From an uncultured delta proteobacterium (lineage in GTDB: Bacteria > Myxococcota > Myxococcia > Myxococcales > Myxococcaceae): DNA of 64,000 nt. The translations under genes and the position numbers were made by a program. The notes under the pieces were generated by a model. The model did not search any database. It was given only the letters and a program-made list of their open reading frames with translations, and was not told where the DNA came from. Location of the stretch: NCBI GenBank assembly GCA_963771175.1, contig CAVYSY010000057.1:32001-96000 (forward strand), given 5' to 3'. Below are positions 44,321-55,296 of the stretch, in pieces; position 1 is the first letter of the stretch, and every line of letters starts with the position of its first letter.

Positions 44321-45987
44321 TTGTGCTCGCCGGCGGGCGGCCCCTGTCGACCGGGCTCGAGAACCCGGGTGAGCTCGTCCATCAACCGCAGCAGCTCGCG
44401 CCGCACCTCGTCGGAGGAGTCGCGGAGCTGCGTGGTGAGCGTGTGCAGCGTGGTCCCTGGCGCGGAGGCCTCGTGCAACATGCGCGCGGCCGTGCGCGTG
44501 GAGGCGAGCGGCCCCTCCGCCTCATCCGAGATGAGCCGGCGCAGCATCTCCATCACCTGGAAGGCTCCGGGACTGGAGGACGGGGGCGGCGGAGGGGGCT
44601 CCTTGCCCAGCGAGGCGGCGCACACCTTGTTCCGCCCCGTGCGCTTGGCGGTGTAGAGCGCCGCGTCGGTGAGCTCGATGAGCTCGGCGGCGTTGGTGGC
44701 GTGGACGGGGAAGCACCCCACCCCGACGCTGATGGTCAGGACGCGGCTCCCGCCCCGGGCACCGTGCACCGTGGCGCCCTCCACCGCGGCCCGGAAACGC
44801 TCGGCGGCGATCTGCCCCTGCTCCAGGTCCGTCTCGGGGAGGATCATCGCGAACTCCTCGCCCCCGTGACGGGCGACCACGTCCGTCGAGCGTGCCGTCC
44901 GGCGCAGCCGCGCGGAGACCTCGCGCAGGGCCTCGTCGCCCGCGCTGTGGCCGAGGGTGTCGTTGACCTGCTTGAAGTGGTCCAGGTCCAGCAGCACCAG
45001 GGACATCGGGTGCTTGTAGCGCTGGGCACGCCGGAACTCGACGCCGAGGGCCTCGTGGAAGTAGGCGCGGTTGTACAGCCCGGTGAGCGGATCCGTCACC
45101 GCCACCAGCATGGCCCTATCCCTCGAGGTGCGGAGCTGGCGCTGGCGGCGCTGGCGGCGCAGGGCACTGCCCAGGCGCGCGGCGAGCTCGGCCATGGGCG
45201 TCTGCAGCGTGAGGTAGTCGTCGGCGCCGGCGTCGAACGCCGTCACGCGCCGCAGGGTGGACTCGGTCTCGTCCACCACGAGGACGGAGGGCGCCTCCTC
45301 GTCGAAGCCGAAGCGCTTGAGGAGCGGCTGCTCCCCTTCCAGCGCGACCGCGTAGCTGACGACGAGCAGATCCGCGTCGGAGTTGGCCAGGCGCTGCGAG
45401 GGCGCGCGCTGGGTGAGCTGGAACTCGCCCCCCACGGGAGAGCCCCGCAGGGCCCGGGCGAGCCGCTCGCCCACCACGGGCATGTGGTGGATGATCTCCA
45501 CCCGCGCCTGGGGAGGGGTGGCGACCTCGGGCTCGCGCACGACCCGGGCCATCGCCTCGTGCTGCGCCTGGAGCTGGGCGCGCATCTTCCCGAGCGAGAT
45601 GAACGAGCGCACGCGCGCCAGCATCTCGGCATCGGGCGTGGTCTTGTTGAAGAAGTCGTCGGCGCCCGCGACCAGGCCCGCCACGCGATCATCCGTGGAG
45701 TCGAGCGAGGTGAGCAGGAGGATGGGCGTACTCGCCGTGCGCGCGTGGCCGCGCAGGTGGCGTGTCAGCTCGTGGCCGTTCATCTCCGGCATCAACACGT
45801 CGAGGATGAGGAGGTCGAACGGCTGCGAGCCCTCGGTGGCGAGGCCGAGCGCCTCTCGAGGCGAGGTCGTCATCACCACGTCCAGGCCACTCTCCTTCAG
45901 CCGGGAGCCAATGGTCTCGAGAGCAATGACGCTGTCGTCCACGAGGAGGACGCGGCCGGTAGTGCTGATGGAAGTGAGCGCGGCCAT
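44317..45987 (-). CDS. PleD-like diguanylate cyclase (REC-REC-GGDEF plus helical tail)
   Basis: LVDD...LDVLMP, TDPLTGLYNR, DLDHFKQVND, I-site RSTD and GGEEF motifs. Confidence 0.92.
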   Translation of the reverse strand: MAALTSISTTGRVLLVDDSVIALETIGSRLKESGLDVVMTTSPREALGLATEGSQPFDLLILDVLMPEMNGHELTRHLRGHARTASTPILLLTSLDSTDDRVAGLVAGADDFFNKTTPDAEMLARVRSFISLGKMRAQLQAQHEAMARVVREPEVATPPQARVEIIHHMPVVGERLARALRGSPVGGEFQLTQRAPSQRLANSDADLLVVSYAVALEGEQPLLKRFGFDEEAPSVLVVDETESTLRRVTAFDAGADDYLTLQTPMAELAARLGSALRRQRRQRQLRTSRDRAMLVAVTDPLTGLYNRAYFHEALGVEFRRAQRYKHPMSLVLLDLDHFKQVNDTLGHSAGDEALREVSARLRRTARSTDVVARHGGEEFAMILPETDLEQGQIAAERFRAAVEGATVHGARGGSRVLTISVGVGCFPVHATNAAELIELTDAALYTAKRTGRNKVCAASLGKEPPPPPPSSSPGAFQVMEMLRRLISDEAEGPLASTRTAARMLHEASAPGTTLHTLTTQLRDSSDEVRRELLRLMDELTRVLEPGRQGPPAGEHK

Positions 45988-46063
45988 GGTGGGTTCCAGC
46001 GCCAAGGCTATCAGGAGCGGAGGACGGATGGGGAAGGGGGTGCGAATTCGTTCACCCCTCGGC

Positions 46064-46660
46064 TCACCAGGTGATGACGTAGGTGCAATGGCTGCCCCGC
46101 AACTTACGACAGGGCTTCGAGTCGGCGTGAGTCACGCGCGCACCGGGCTCGAAGCGCTGGGCCATGGCCGTGAGGATGCCCAGGTCGAAGGCGCACGGGT
46201 ACGGAGTCTCGCACACGGAGATGATGCGCCGCTGCCCCGGCACCGGCTCGTAGCCGTAGTGGCCGATGCCCTCCACCTTCTTCCCGCTCTCCGGGTCGAA
46301 CATCGGCCGGCCCTGCTTGCGGTGGTTCAGGTGATACGCCACGTCGATGGACTGGATGGCGCCGTGCAGCTCCCGGACCCCCTCCGGAAAGACCGCGTTC
46401 CGCGGAATGGCCATGCCGATCTGCGTCAGCACGCCATCCCCGAGTTGCTTGTGGATCTGCTCGAAGCACCGCAGCCACGCGCGCTGCGAGTACCACCCCC
46501 GAGGCTCCACCTCCGCCAGGCCGCTGGGACCGGGCTTGCCGATGCCCTCGTCCAACAAGTAGCCGCTCGCGAGCGACGCGAACTCGCGGAGTCCGTCCAC
46601 CACGGACAGCACCGTCTGTCCGTTGACCTCGATGCCTTCTTCGAATGGGACGAATTGCAC
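46064..46660 (-). CDS. Hypothetical V4R/H-NOX-like small sensor protein
   Basis: GWYS motif; C-terminal CETPYPCAFD...PCRKLRGSHCTYVITW resembles the V4R Cys pattern. Confidence 0.55.
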   Translation of the reverse strand: MQFVPFEEGIEVNGQTVLSVVDGLREFASLASGYLLDEGIGKPGPSGLAEVEPRGWYSQRAWLRCFEQIHKQLGDGVLTQIGMAIPRNAVFPEGVRELHGAIQSIDVAYHLNHRKQGRPMFDPESGKKVEGIGHYGYEPVPGQRRIISVCETPYPCAFDLGILTAMAQRFEPGARVTHADSKPCRKLRGSHCTYVITW

Positions 46661-46864
46661 GTGCGCGGCCTCCTCCCCGTGACTCCTCGCACTCCACCCA
46701 CCGGACGAATGCCCGCCCGGTGCCATCGGGCGACGACTGTACCACACAGGTCAGGTCCCCGAACAAGACCGGGGCGCGATTCCCGCTCGGGCCGGTGACA
46801 CGTCACGTCACCTCCGCATCATCGACCCGGTGCGCCTTGACGACCGATGCCGGGCGGCTCCCGC

Positions 46865-48004
46865 TCACGTGCCGCAGAAGTGCGCGATGGCGCGCGTGAG
46901 GTACGCCTCGCACCGCACCAGGTCCTCCACCGGCACGTGCTCGCCCGTCTGATGAGCCACCCGGATGTCCCCCGGGCCGAACACCACCGCCTCCGCGCCC
47001 AGCTCCGTGAGCTGCGGGGCCTCCGTGCCGAACGGCACCGTGATGGGCGCATTGCCGGACAGCTCCGCCAGCACCCGCACCACCTCCGCGTCCGCCCGAG
47101 TGTCCACCGCCGGCTCCGTCCGCAGGAGCTGGATGCGCGCCTCGTAGCCGGGCTCATCCCGCACCAACTCCTGGCGGATGGACTCCAGCAGCTCCAGCAC
47201 CCGCTCCTTCGGCTGCCGGGGGATGGGGCGCCACTCCACGAGGAAGCGGCAGGAGCCCGAGATGACGTTGGGCGCCTTGCCCCCGCCGATGATGCCCACG
47301 TTCACCGTGGTGAAGGGCGGCTCGAAGGACTCGTCCCGCTCCTCGCGCAGCCGCGTGCGAGCCAGCGTCTCCAGCTTCTGCAGGAAGCGCCCCGCGCGGA
47401 AGATGGCCGAGGCCCCCTCGTCCGGGTACGCGCTGTGCCCCTCGCGGCCCAGCACCTCCACCTCCGCCAGGCAGTAGCCCTTGTGCGCCCGCACCGGCAC
47501 CAGCGTCGTCGGCTCGCCCACGATGGCGTGCCGCGCCCGCCCCTTGCCCTGGGCGACCAGGTGCTTGGCGCCCTCGCAGCCCACCTCCTCGTCCGCCGTG
47601 AGCAGCACCATCAGCGGCGCCCGCAGAGGCCCCGCGTAGTGCGTCACCGCGTGCAGCGCGCAGGCGATGAAGCCCTTGGTATCGCACGCGCCGCGGCCGT
47701 ACAGCTTTCCATCCCGCTCCGTCAGGCGCAGCGCGTCCGTCCACGCCGCGTCGTACGGCACGCAGTCCGTGTGCCCCACCAGCGCGAGCGCCGCCCGCTC
47801 CTCGCTCCCGCCCTTCACCGCGACGAGGTTCACCTTCTCCACTCCCGCCCCGTCCCGGTACGACACGAGCTCCACCCGGAAGCCCGCCGCCTCCAGCCGC
47901 CCCCGCGCCAGCTCCACCAGTGGCGCGTTGGAACGGGAGGACGTCGTATCCAGGGCAACGAGCTCGGCCAGGGTGGAGCGCAGCGCGGGCAGGGTGTCAC
48001 TCAC
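46865..48004 (-). CDS. argE: Acetylornithine deacetylase (M20 family)
   Basis: GHTDCVP, YGRGACDTKG, TADEEVGC, GEPT, FGTEA and AHQTGE motifs. Confidence 0.92.
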   Translation of the reverse strand: MSDTLPALRSTLAELVALDTTSSRSNAPLVELARGRLEAAGFRVELVSYRDGAGVEKVNLVAVKGGSEERAALALVGHTDCVPYDAAWTDALRLTERDGKLYGRGACDTKGFIACALHAVTHYAGPLRAPLMVLLTADEEVGCEGAKHLVAQGKGRARHAIVGEPTTLVPVRAHKGYCLAEVEVLGREGHSAYPDEGASAIFRAGRFLQKLETLARTRLREERDESFEPPFTTVNVGIIGGGKAPNVISGSCRFLVEWRPIPRQPKERVLELLESIRQELVRDEPGYEARIQLLRTEPAVDTRADAEVVRVLAELSGNAPITVPFGTEAPQLTELGAEAVVFGPGDIRVAHQTGEHVPVEDLVRCEAYLTRAIAHFCGT

Positions 48005-48118
48005 GGGTGGGCCTCCGGGGCGTGGGCTTCCGCGGCTCGCGGGCCCTCGAGTGACTGTAGACCCTCACCCCCGCCCGCTCCCAGCGGAGAGGACGATTGC
48101 ACGGGCGCAACCGGGGTT

Positions 48119-48586
48119 TCAGGCCTGGGCCTCGGCTCCCTCGGCCACCCACGGGCGCTGGCGCACCGCGTCCTTGACCCACGCGATGTGCCGCTCCTCG
48201 TCCCGACGGTTCTTCTCGATGAGCGTGCGCACCTCCGGGCTCCACTCGAAGCCCAGCGCCAGCTCATAGGCCCGGTTGGTGAACTCCTCGTTGCCGAGCA
48301 TCGCCACCAGCGCGGCCTCCGTCCCCATCATGCTGGACATCGCCGTCAGGCTCTTCATCGCCGCGCCCTTCAGGTCCGGCCGCAGCTCCACCTGCTCCCC
48401 GCCAAACCGTCGGATGAAGGCGTTGAGCTCCCGCACATGGCGCACGTGGTCGCTCCGGAACTCGTTCAGCCGCTCGCGCACCAGCGGCTCCTTCACCCGG
48501 GCGATGGCCGCGTCGTAGGCCCCCACCGCGTCCACGTCCAACTGCGCCAGGCTGCGCAACTTCTCCACCTCGGACTTGCGTCCCAT
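48119..48586 (-). CDS. Ferritin-like four-helix bundle protein (DUF2383/PA2169-like)
   Basis: DVDAVGAY, DHVRH, NEE...YE and DEERH metal-ligand pattern. Confidence 0.8.
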   Translation of the reverse strand: MGRKSEVEKLRSLAQLDVDAVGAYDAAIARVKEPLVRERLNEFRSDHVRHVRELNAFIRRFGGEQVELRPDLKGAAMKSLTAMSSMMGTEAALVAMLGNEEFTNRAYELALGFEWSPEVRTLIEKNRRDEERHIAWVKDAVRQRPWVAEGAEAQA

Positions 48587-48764
48587 CACGTCCTCCCCCG
48601 CCCTTTCGGCAAAGTCCCCGTCAATCTGATCGGCTCCCCCCATCCAGCCAACTCCAACGCCTCCGGGCCCGCCCGGGCAGCAGGCAGGGCAGCACCACCC
48701 CGCCGTACCGGGACGCCTCCCCATGCGCACCTTTTCCACACCTCTTCACCTGTTGGAGGCAGAC

Positions 48765-49079
48765 ATGAAGAACGAAGACGCCATCACCACCCGTGTCGAG
48801 CTGCAGACGCGGCGCATTCCATCCATCAGCTTCCTCGGAGTCGCCATCGGATGCATGGCCGCCAGCGCCCTGCTGATGCTCTCCGGCCGCAAGAACTGGG
48901 CGAACTTCGTCGGACAGTGGGCCCCTACCATCCTCATCCTCGGCACCTACAACAAGATCGCCAAGACGTTCTCCGCCCCCATCGACGAGGAGCAGCGCGT
49001 CCAGCACGGCGGCCATGCCTCCATGCTGAAGTCGCCGGAAGAGCTCACCCACCAGATGTCCCCGCAGCCGGTGAGCTGA
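48765..49079 (+). CDS. Small hypothetical membrane protein
   Basis: GGAGG RBS; FVGQWAPTILILGTYNK motif seen in small stress-linked membrane proteins. Confidence 0.7.
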   Translation: MKNEDAITTRVELQTRRIPSISFLGVAIGCMAASALLMLSGRKNWANFVGQWAPTILILGTYNKIAKTFSAPIDEEQRVQHGGHASMLKSPEELTHQMSPQPVS

Positions 49080-49161
49080 AGACGCTCGGGTCCCCCTGTC
49101 ACTCTCCTGGAGTGCGTGGGGGGGCCTCGTTGGCCGGAGGGGAAATACGGGACGGGGCGCT

Positions 49162-49476
49162 TCATGCTCTCGCCGGGCGTGCCCCGGCTGGCGCCTCGTC
49201 ACGTCGCATGTCGCGCCGCTCCGCTCGCCGGTGCTTCATCACGATGACGATCCCCACCACCGCGCTCACCAACATCAGCGAGTTCGTCACCACGAAGACC
49301 ACGTTGTCCACCAGTACGCTGTAGAGGGTGAAGCCCGTGGAGGCGGTGATCTGCCCCACGAAGAGCCACGTCGACACGCCCTTGCTCGTGCCCGTCCTCC
49401 ACTGCCTGTACACCTGATTTTGGATGGTCAGCACCAGCACGAATGAGCTGAACCACCCGATGGCTTCAATCCACAT
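49162..49476 (-). CDS. PQ-loop/SemiSWEET-like three-TM protein
   Basis: IGW...QVYRQWRTGTSKGVS...FVVTN. Confidence 0.7.
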   Translation of the reverse strand: MWIEAIGWFSSFVLVLTIQNQVYRQWRTGTSKGVSTWLFVGQITASTGFTLYSVLVDNVVFVVTNSLMLVSAVVGIVIVMKHRRAERRDMRRDEAPAGARPARA

Positions 49477-49634
49477 GGGCTCAACGTGCACATGCCCCCG
49501 GAGGCAGGTCGGAACTCCCGCCAGGAGGGCAGCCGACCGTACGGGCGGAGGGAGCGCGGAATTCGCGGCGCCCACGCCCGAGGAGACACACCCTCTCTTC
49601 CTGAGAAGCCACCCACAGCCACGAGGTGCGTCCC

Positions 49635-50069
49635 ATGAAGATCCGTGACGTGATGACTCCGGACGCCGTTGCCGCACACCCGGAGATGACGTTGACGGCC
49701 GCCGCCGAGATGATGCGCCTGCTCAACGTGGGCTCCCTGCCTGTCGTCGAGGGCGAGCGCGTCGTGGGCATCGTCACCGACCGGGACATCGTCGTGCGAG
49801 GCCTCGCCCTGGGCTTCAACCCCCGGAGCGCCTCCGTCGCCGACGTGATGACCCGCAACGTGCAGACCTGCTCGGTGGACGAGGACGTCGAGGAGGTCGC
49901 CCAGCAGATGCGCGACCTCCAGGTGCGCCGCCTCCTCGTCGTGGACGAGCGGGAGCGGCTCCTCGGCATCGTGTCGCTGGGGGACCTGGCCATGGAGATG
50001 GAGGACCAGGCCCTCGCCGGACGGGTGCTCGAGGGCATCTCCGAGCCCCCCGTGCCGATGGCGCACTGA
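49635..50069 (+). CDS. Tandem CBS-domain protein
   Basis: IRDVMT, GIVTDRDI and GIVSLGDL motifs. Confidence 0.9.
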   Translation: MKIRDVMTPDAVAAHPEMTLTAAAEMMRLLNVGSLPVVEGERVVGIVTDRDIVVRGLALGFNPRSASVADVMTRNVQTCSVDEDVEEVAQQMRDLQVRRLLVVDERERLLGIVSLGDLAMEMEDQALAGRVLEGISEPPVPMAH

Positions 50070-50075
50070 GCGCGG

Positions 50076-53000
50076 CTAGAAACCGAGCGGCACCAGGAAG
50101 GCCGAGCCGTTCTGCGTCCCCGTGCGGTAGCTGAGCGGCGCGCCGATGACGAGCGTCGGCGGGGTGCCTCCGCTCCCCGCCACCAGCGCCAGGTCCTGGC
50201 CGAAGCCCGCGCGCTCCGTCACGTCTCCCGTCAGCGTGAGCAGCGGCGTGAGCGCCCCGGTGGTACCAGGACCCCCGGCGTAGATGAACACCGCGCCTCC
50301 ACCATCCGAGGCCACCGACGCGCCCGGCGCGCTCACCACCAACTCCGGCGCGCCGTCGCCATTCAGGTCCACCCCGCCCGCCAGCGCCGCCCCGAAGCCC
50401 ACCGCGCGCGAGCGGTGCACCAGCACCTTGGGCAGCAACGTGCTCTCCAGCGCGCCCACCAGCGCCTCGCCCGAGGCCGGCCGGCGCTTCGCCAGCTCCG
50501 CCGTGTCGAACAGCAGCACCGCCGGCTGCGTCACGCCGTCGAAGGGAACGCTCGCCGCGCTCACCGCCAGGTAGTCCGCGCCCGTCTTCCCCAGCACGCG
50601 GCCCACGCGCGCCGTCGCCACGCCCAGCCCGAGGAAGTTGATGCCCACCTCCGGGTCCGCCGCCAGCCGCACCGACGCCGGTGCCGTGCGCCCGCCACAC
50701 CGCGTCCCGCCCGCGTCGTAGCCGAACAGCACCACGATGCCCGCCTTCGTGCTGTCCGCGTAGCGCCACGCCACCTCGTCACAGCCATCCGCGTCCAGGT
50801 CCCCCAGCGCCGCCGGCACCGACGTCTGCTGGGTCGAGTAGGGCGCCGTGTAGACGGGGTCGCACCCCATCGTCAGCTTCGCCAGCCCGGCGTCATCCGG
50901 AGCGCGCCCCAGGAAGACGTCGAAGCCGTTGTTGCGCAGCGCTCCGATGTCCTGCTTGCCATCTCCGTTGAAGTCGAAGCCACCCACCACCCCGCGCCCG
51001 ATGCTCCGACGCTGGCAGGTGGTGCCCGCGGGCGTACACCCCGCGATGTCACCCGGCGCCCACAGCCGGTACGCGGGCTTGAAGCTCCCATCCCCCTGGG
51101 CCAGCGACACCAGCACACCACCCGCCGTCAGATTCGCGGCCGGGATGCACCCGGCGCGCTCCTGCGCGTACACCGGGGTGATCTCCGTGGAACGAGAGGA
51201 AGCCCCTGGCGTGATGAAGGACGGCGCGCCCAGCACCAGGTCCGCGCTCCCGTCTCCGTTGAAGTCCGTGAAGGCCACGTCCGTGCCCACGTTGCGCCCG
51301 CGGGACAGCGGCGCGGAGGCGCCCTCGGCCACGAGCGTGCCCGCGCCCCCCTCCACGCCGTACGTCCAGGCCCGACCCGCGCCGAGATCGGCTCCGTCCC
51401 CGTTCACCCCGGGGCCCGCGAAGCCCGGCGAGCCCACCAGCGCCACCACCCCGCCCGCGGCGCCCTTGGCCACCGCCACCGACTCACCAAAGCGCTCCAC
51501 GCTCGGCCGCGCCGGCACCATCACGCTCGTGCGCGTCCACTGCGCGAGCGAGTCCCCCGCCTTCACGAAGCCATCCACCCGCCCGGTGAAGGAGAGCCCG
51601 GGCGCCGAGGCCCGTCCCGAGAAGACCACCAGCCCCGAGGTCCCCGGCAGCGGCCACGCCGCGAGCCCCGCCCCGAAGGTGTCCGACTTCGCCAGTCCCA
51701 TCAGACTCGTCGCCGGCTTGTTGAGGACGGCGCCAGCGCTCAGCTCCGCCAGCGGAAACACCAGCACCTTGCCCCCGTAGCGCAGCGAGCCGCCCGCCAC
51801 GGGGACGCGGCGCGTACGGCGCGCCCAGCAGCAGCTCCGAGCCGGGCTTCCCATCCACGTCCGCGACCGCCCAGCTCCGCCCCGCGCGGATGAAGCCCCC
51901 GTCGCCGTACAGCCGGGCCCAGGCCTGGTCACGCTTCACCTGCACGGGCGTGGCCGAGGGCTCCCCGGTGGGCTGGTGCGCGCTCAGGTCGAAGAGCAGC
52001 GCCCCGCCCGCGTCCGTGCATGTTGCTGCTGGGCTCGGGTCCGGCGAGTCCGTCTGGTCCGCCGTCACCAGCAGCAGCGGGGGCCGCGAGCCCTCCGCCG
52101 GGATGGCGTCCAGCCGCCAGGTGCCCTCGATGCTATCGGAGAAGTTCATGGGCAGCACGTACGCGTCCGGCGTGGCGCGGAAGCGCTGGCCCTCGGCGCG
52201 CGCGAAGAACACGGCCACCGCCCACTGCACCACGCCCAGCGAGGAGCCATCCGTCGTGCTGAAGCGCGACACCTTGGTCAACGCCGCCAGGTCCGCCCGC
52301 CCGTCCGCGTTCAGGTCCGCCACCGTCAGCATGCGACCCAGCTCGGTGTTGGCACGGGACTCGACCGCGCCCGTCTTGCCCAGGTCGCTCCCGCCCAGGC
52401 GGACGGTCGGCAGCTCCGGCACGGGCTGGCCCGGGGTGAGCAGGAAGAGGTCCACCACGCCCCGGCGCATCGCCGCGGACGCCAGGTCTCCCGTCGGCGA
52501 GCCCACCACCAGGTCCAGGTCTCCGTCCCCATCCGCGTCCGCGAGCTCCAGGCCCGCGCCGAAGGAGCCGCGCCCCAGACCGGCGAGCGGAGGCCGCAGG
52601 CGCTCCGGCCCGTTCGCGCCGAAGCGGAACAGGTACACCGCGCCCGAGTCACCGAAGGTGACGTCCGCGCCCGGCGAGGACACCGCCAGCTCCGCCTTCC
52701 CGTCCTTGTCCAGGTCTCCCGCCGACAGCACGTCGCCGAAGCGGGCCGTATCCGTCTCGCCGGTGAGCACCCACGTGGGCTGCGAGGGCAGTCCCGCCGC
52801 GCTCCCCTTGAAGATGAGCACCACGCCGCCCTGGGGCTTGTTGAGGTCGCTCTCCGGCCGCCCCACCGCCACGTCCGCCACCCCGTCGCCGTCGAAGTCC
52901 GCCGTCACCACCGAGGCCGTATCCGTGAGCAGCCCGTGCGCCTGCGACTCGCGCGACAGCTCGTCCAGCACGCGCACGGGCACGAGCGCCTTCTGCCCGG

Positions 53001-53763
53001 TGAAGGGGTCCGCCGCCTCCAGCATCGCGGTGCCCTTCGCGCCCAGCTCGACCGAGAAGCGCCCGCCTTCCACCGTCCCCGGGCCGGACACCTTCGTCCA
53101 GCGCACCCGGTCACTGCCCCCGGTCGTCGCCAGCGGCAGCGACGAGCCCGCCGGCAGTGCCAGCCGCTCCGGGTCTCCGCGCAGCACCGCGTCCGCGCGC
53201 ACCTCGAACTGGAGGAGGGCCTCGTCCCCCGTGTGGCTGTCACGCACCCGCACCAGGTCCGTCCCCTGCCCCGTCCCCGCCGTGTAGAGGCCCGAGGGCG
53301 TCAGCGAGCTGCTCGCGTCGCTGCGCTCCAGCGAGAAGACGAGGTCGCCCAGCTGCCCCGTCACCTCCACCTGGAAGGACGTGCCCGGCTTCACCATCGC
53401 GCGCGCGGGGGCCACGTCGAAGGCCGCCACCACGCGCACCTGCGCCCGCGCGTCTCCCGGGCAGCGCACGTCCTCCACCACCAGCAGGTCCGTCGCCGGA
53501 GTGAGCCCGGCGATGAAGCGCGAGCCGCGCAGCTCGCCCGAGGAGCCTCCCGGCTCGGCGCGGTAGCGGTAGTAGCCGCTGCCTCCCGTGGCCGTGAGGG
53601 AGACGGGGTCGCTCACGCGCACCCGCTCGGGGCTCGCGGAGAGGGAGAGCGGCGGCAACCCCGCGCAGGGGTCCACCGCCGGCTGCTCGGGAGGCTTCTC
53701 CTCCGGGTTGCAGGCCGCGGACAGGAGCGCGAGCACGAGCGACGTGCGGAAGACTCGGGACAT
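50076..53763 (-). CDS. Large FG-GAP/integrin-alpha repeat lipoprotein with Ig-like N-terminal domains (frameshift ~51810)
   Basis: Lipobox SAAC; repeated DFDGDG/DLDKDG/DADGDG/DFNGDG Ca-binding loops and FG...GAP motifs across ORFs 51484..53763 and 50076..51932. Confidence 0.8.
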
Positions 53764-53774
53764 GGAGAGATGCC

Positions 53775-55296
53775 TCAGGGGTTCGCGCCGGTGGCAGCCC
53801 AGCGCTGGATGAGGGAGATGAGTTGCGGGTCCAACGGGCCGTCCGCCGGCATGCGCTGCTCACGCACCGCCGCGATGATGAGTGGCAGGTTGTCCTTCCA
53901 CAGCGCGTACGAGGACAGCGGCCGACCCTGCCCCGACACGTGGCACTTCGCGCACCGCGACTCGTAAATGGGGCGGATGTCCTTGTCCCAGCCGAGCGCC
54001 ACCGTGGAGAGGGGCTGGTACTCGAAGGAGACGGAGCGCCGGGCCTCGGTGCCGTCGCCATAGCGCGCCACCGCGCTGAGCGTGTGCGGCCCGGGCTCCA
54101 GGCCCACGAAGGAGTAGGGCCGGAACGTGCCGTCCGTCTCCACGCCCCCGAGGCTGTACGCCGGGCCGCGTACCGGCACCTCCACGCCCGCCACCTCGAA
54201 GGTGACGCTCTGCGGCTCCGTGCCCGGCGCCACCCGCGCGCGCACCACCAGCGTGTCCTCCACCACCTGCATGCCCTCGTGCAGGCCCAGCACGCGAGGC
54301 ACCGGCCCGCGGGTGAGCGCCACCGTCTCGGCGCCGAGCTGCACCCAGGCACAACCACTCTCGTCCGCGGCCAGGAAGAGGAACTCGCGTGTGTCCACGC
54401 CCGAGGCCTCGCCCCACGTGTCCGCGTCCGCGTCATAGGAGAGGAGCTTGTCGCCCGCCTTCACCCAGAGGAAGCGCCCCGCCGCCAGCACCTGCGTCGG
54501 CTTCTGCGCCAGCGCCACCTGCCGCCACCCGTCCGCCGCCCGCCGCAGCAGCCGCTCCGACGTCAGCAGCCACGCCTCCGCCTTGCCCTTCTCCGAGGCA
54601 CCCAGTCCCACCAGCGTCACGGGCCGCTCGCCCTCCTGGAGCGGAGCCTCGGCCGGGCTCACCCGCCAGGCACCGGTGGCCGTCCGCACCGCGAGCCACA
54701 GCGCGTCCTGGCGGAGGAACCACACACCCGGAGCTCCGTCTGTCGGCCGGCGCCGCCGCCAGCGCGGTGATGCCTTCCAGCGGCTTGCCGTCCACCTTGA
54801 GCGCGGACAGCGCGCCGTCCTTCAGCAGGTAGAGGCCCGACGCATGCCCCAGCCACGCCGAGCCTTCCGGGGTCGACGCCGTGGCCGTCAGCCCGGGCCC
54901 CAGCGCGTCGCGCCAGGAGGGGGCGATGAGCCAGCCCGACTGCGCCAGGAAGAGACCGTTGTCCGCCTCCACCAGCGCCGAGCCCGGCCCCATCCGGAAC
55001 ACGGCGCGCGCATGCCCCGGAGCCACCGGGTTGCCCGGGTGGTTCTCCAGCGTGGAGCGCGTCCCGTCCAGCCGAAGCCGGAGGATCTCTCCCGTCGCCG
55101 TGGCGAAGATGCCGCCTCCCGTCTGGTCCGCGAAACCCGGCGTCGACGCCACGTCCGCCTGCGCCTGGAGCAGCATCGGCTGGAAGGGCTGGGGATTCGG
55201 GTGCTCCGTCGGGAGCGAGGGAGCGCTGTCGCCGCACGCGGCCAGCAGGCCCGCGAGCAGCACCGGGTAGACACGGGACGAGGCTCGAGTGTTCAT
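53775..55296 (-). CDS. Beta-propeller/Ig lipoprotein with C-terminal monoheme cytochrome c (frameshift ~54735)
   Basis: Lipobox LAAC; beta-rich middle region; WDKDIRPIYESRCAKCH...RMPADG...IQRWAATGA (planctomycete cytochrome C-like). Confidence 0.75.

Noticed and set aside
46794..46813. GGTGACACGTCACGTCACC near-palindrome upstream of the V4R-like gene
   Set aside because: Short and imperfect, with no supporting evidence for a function.
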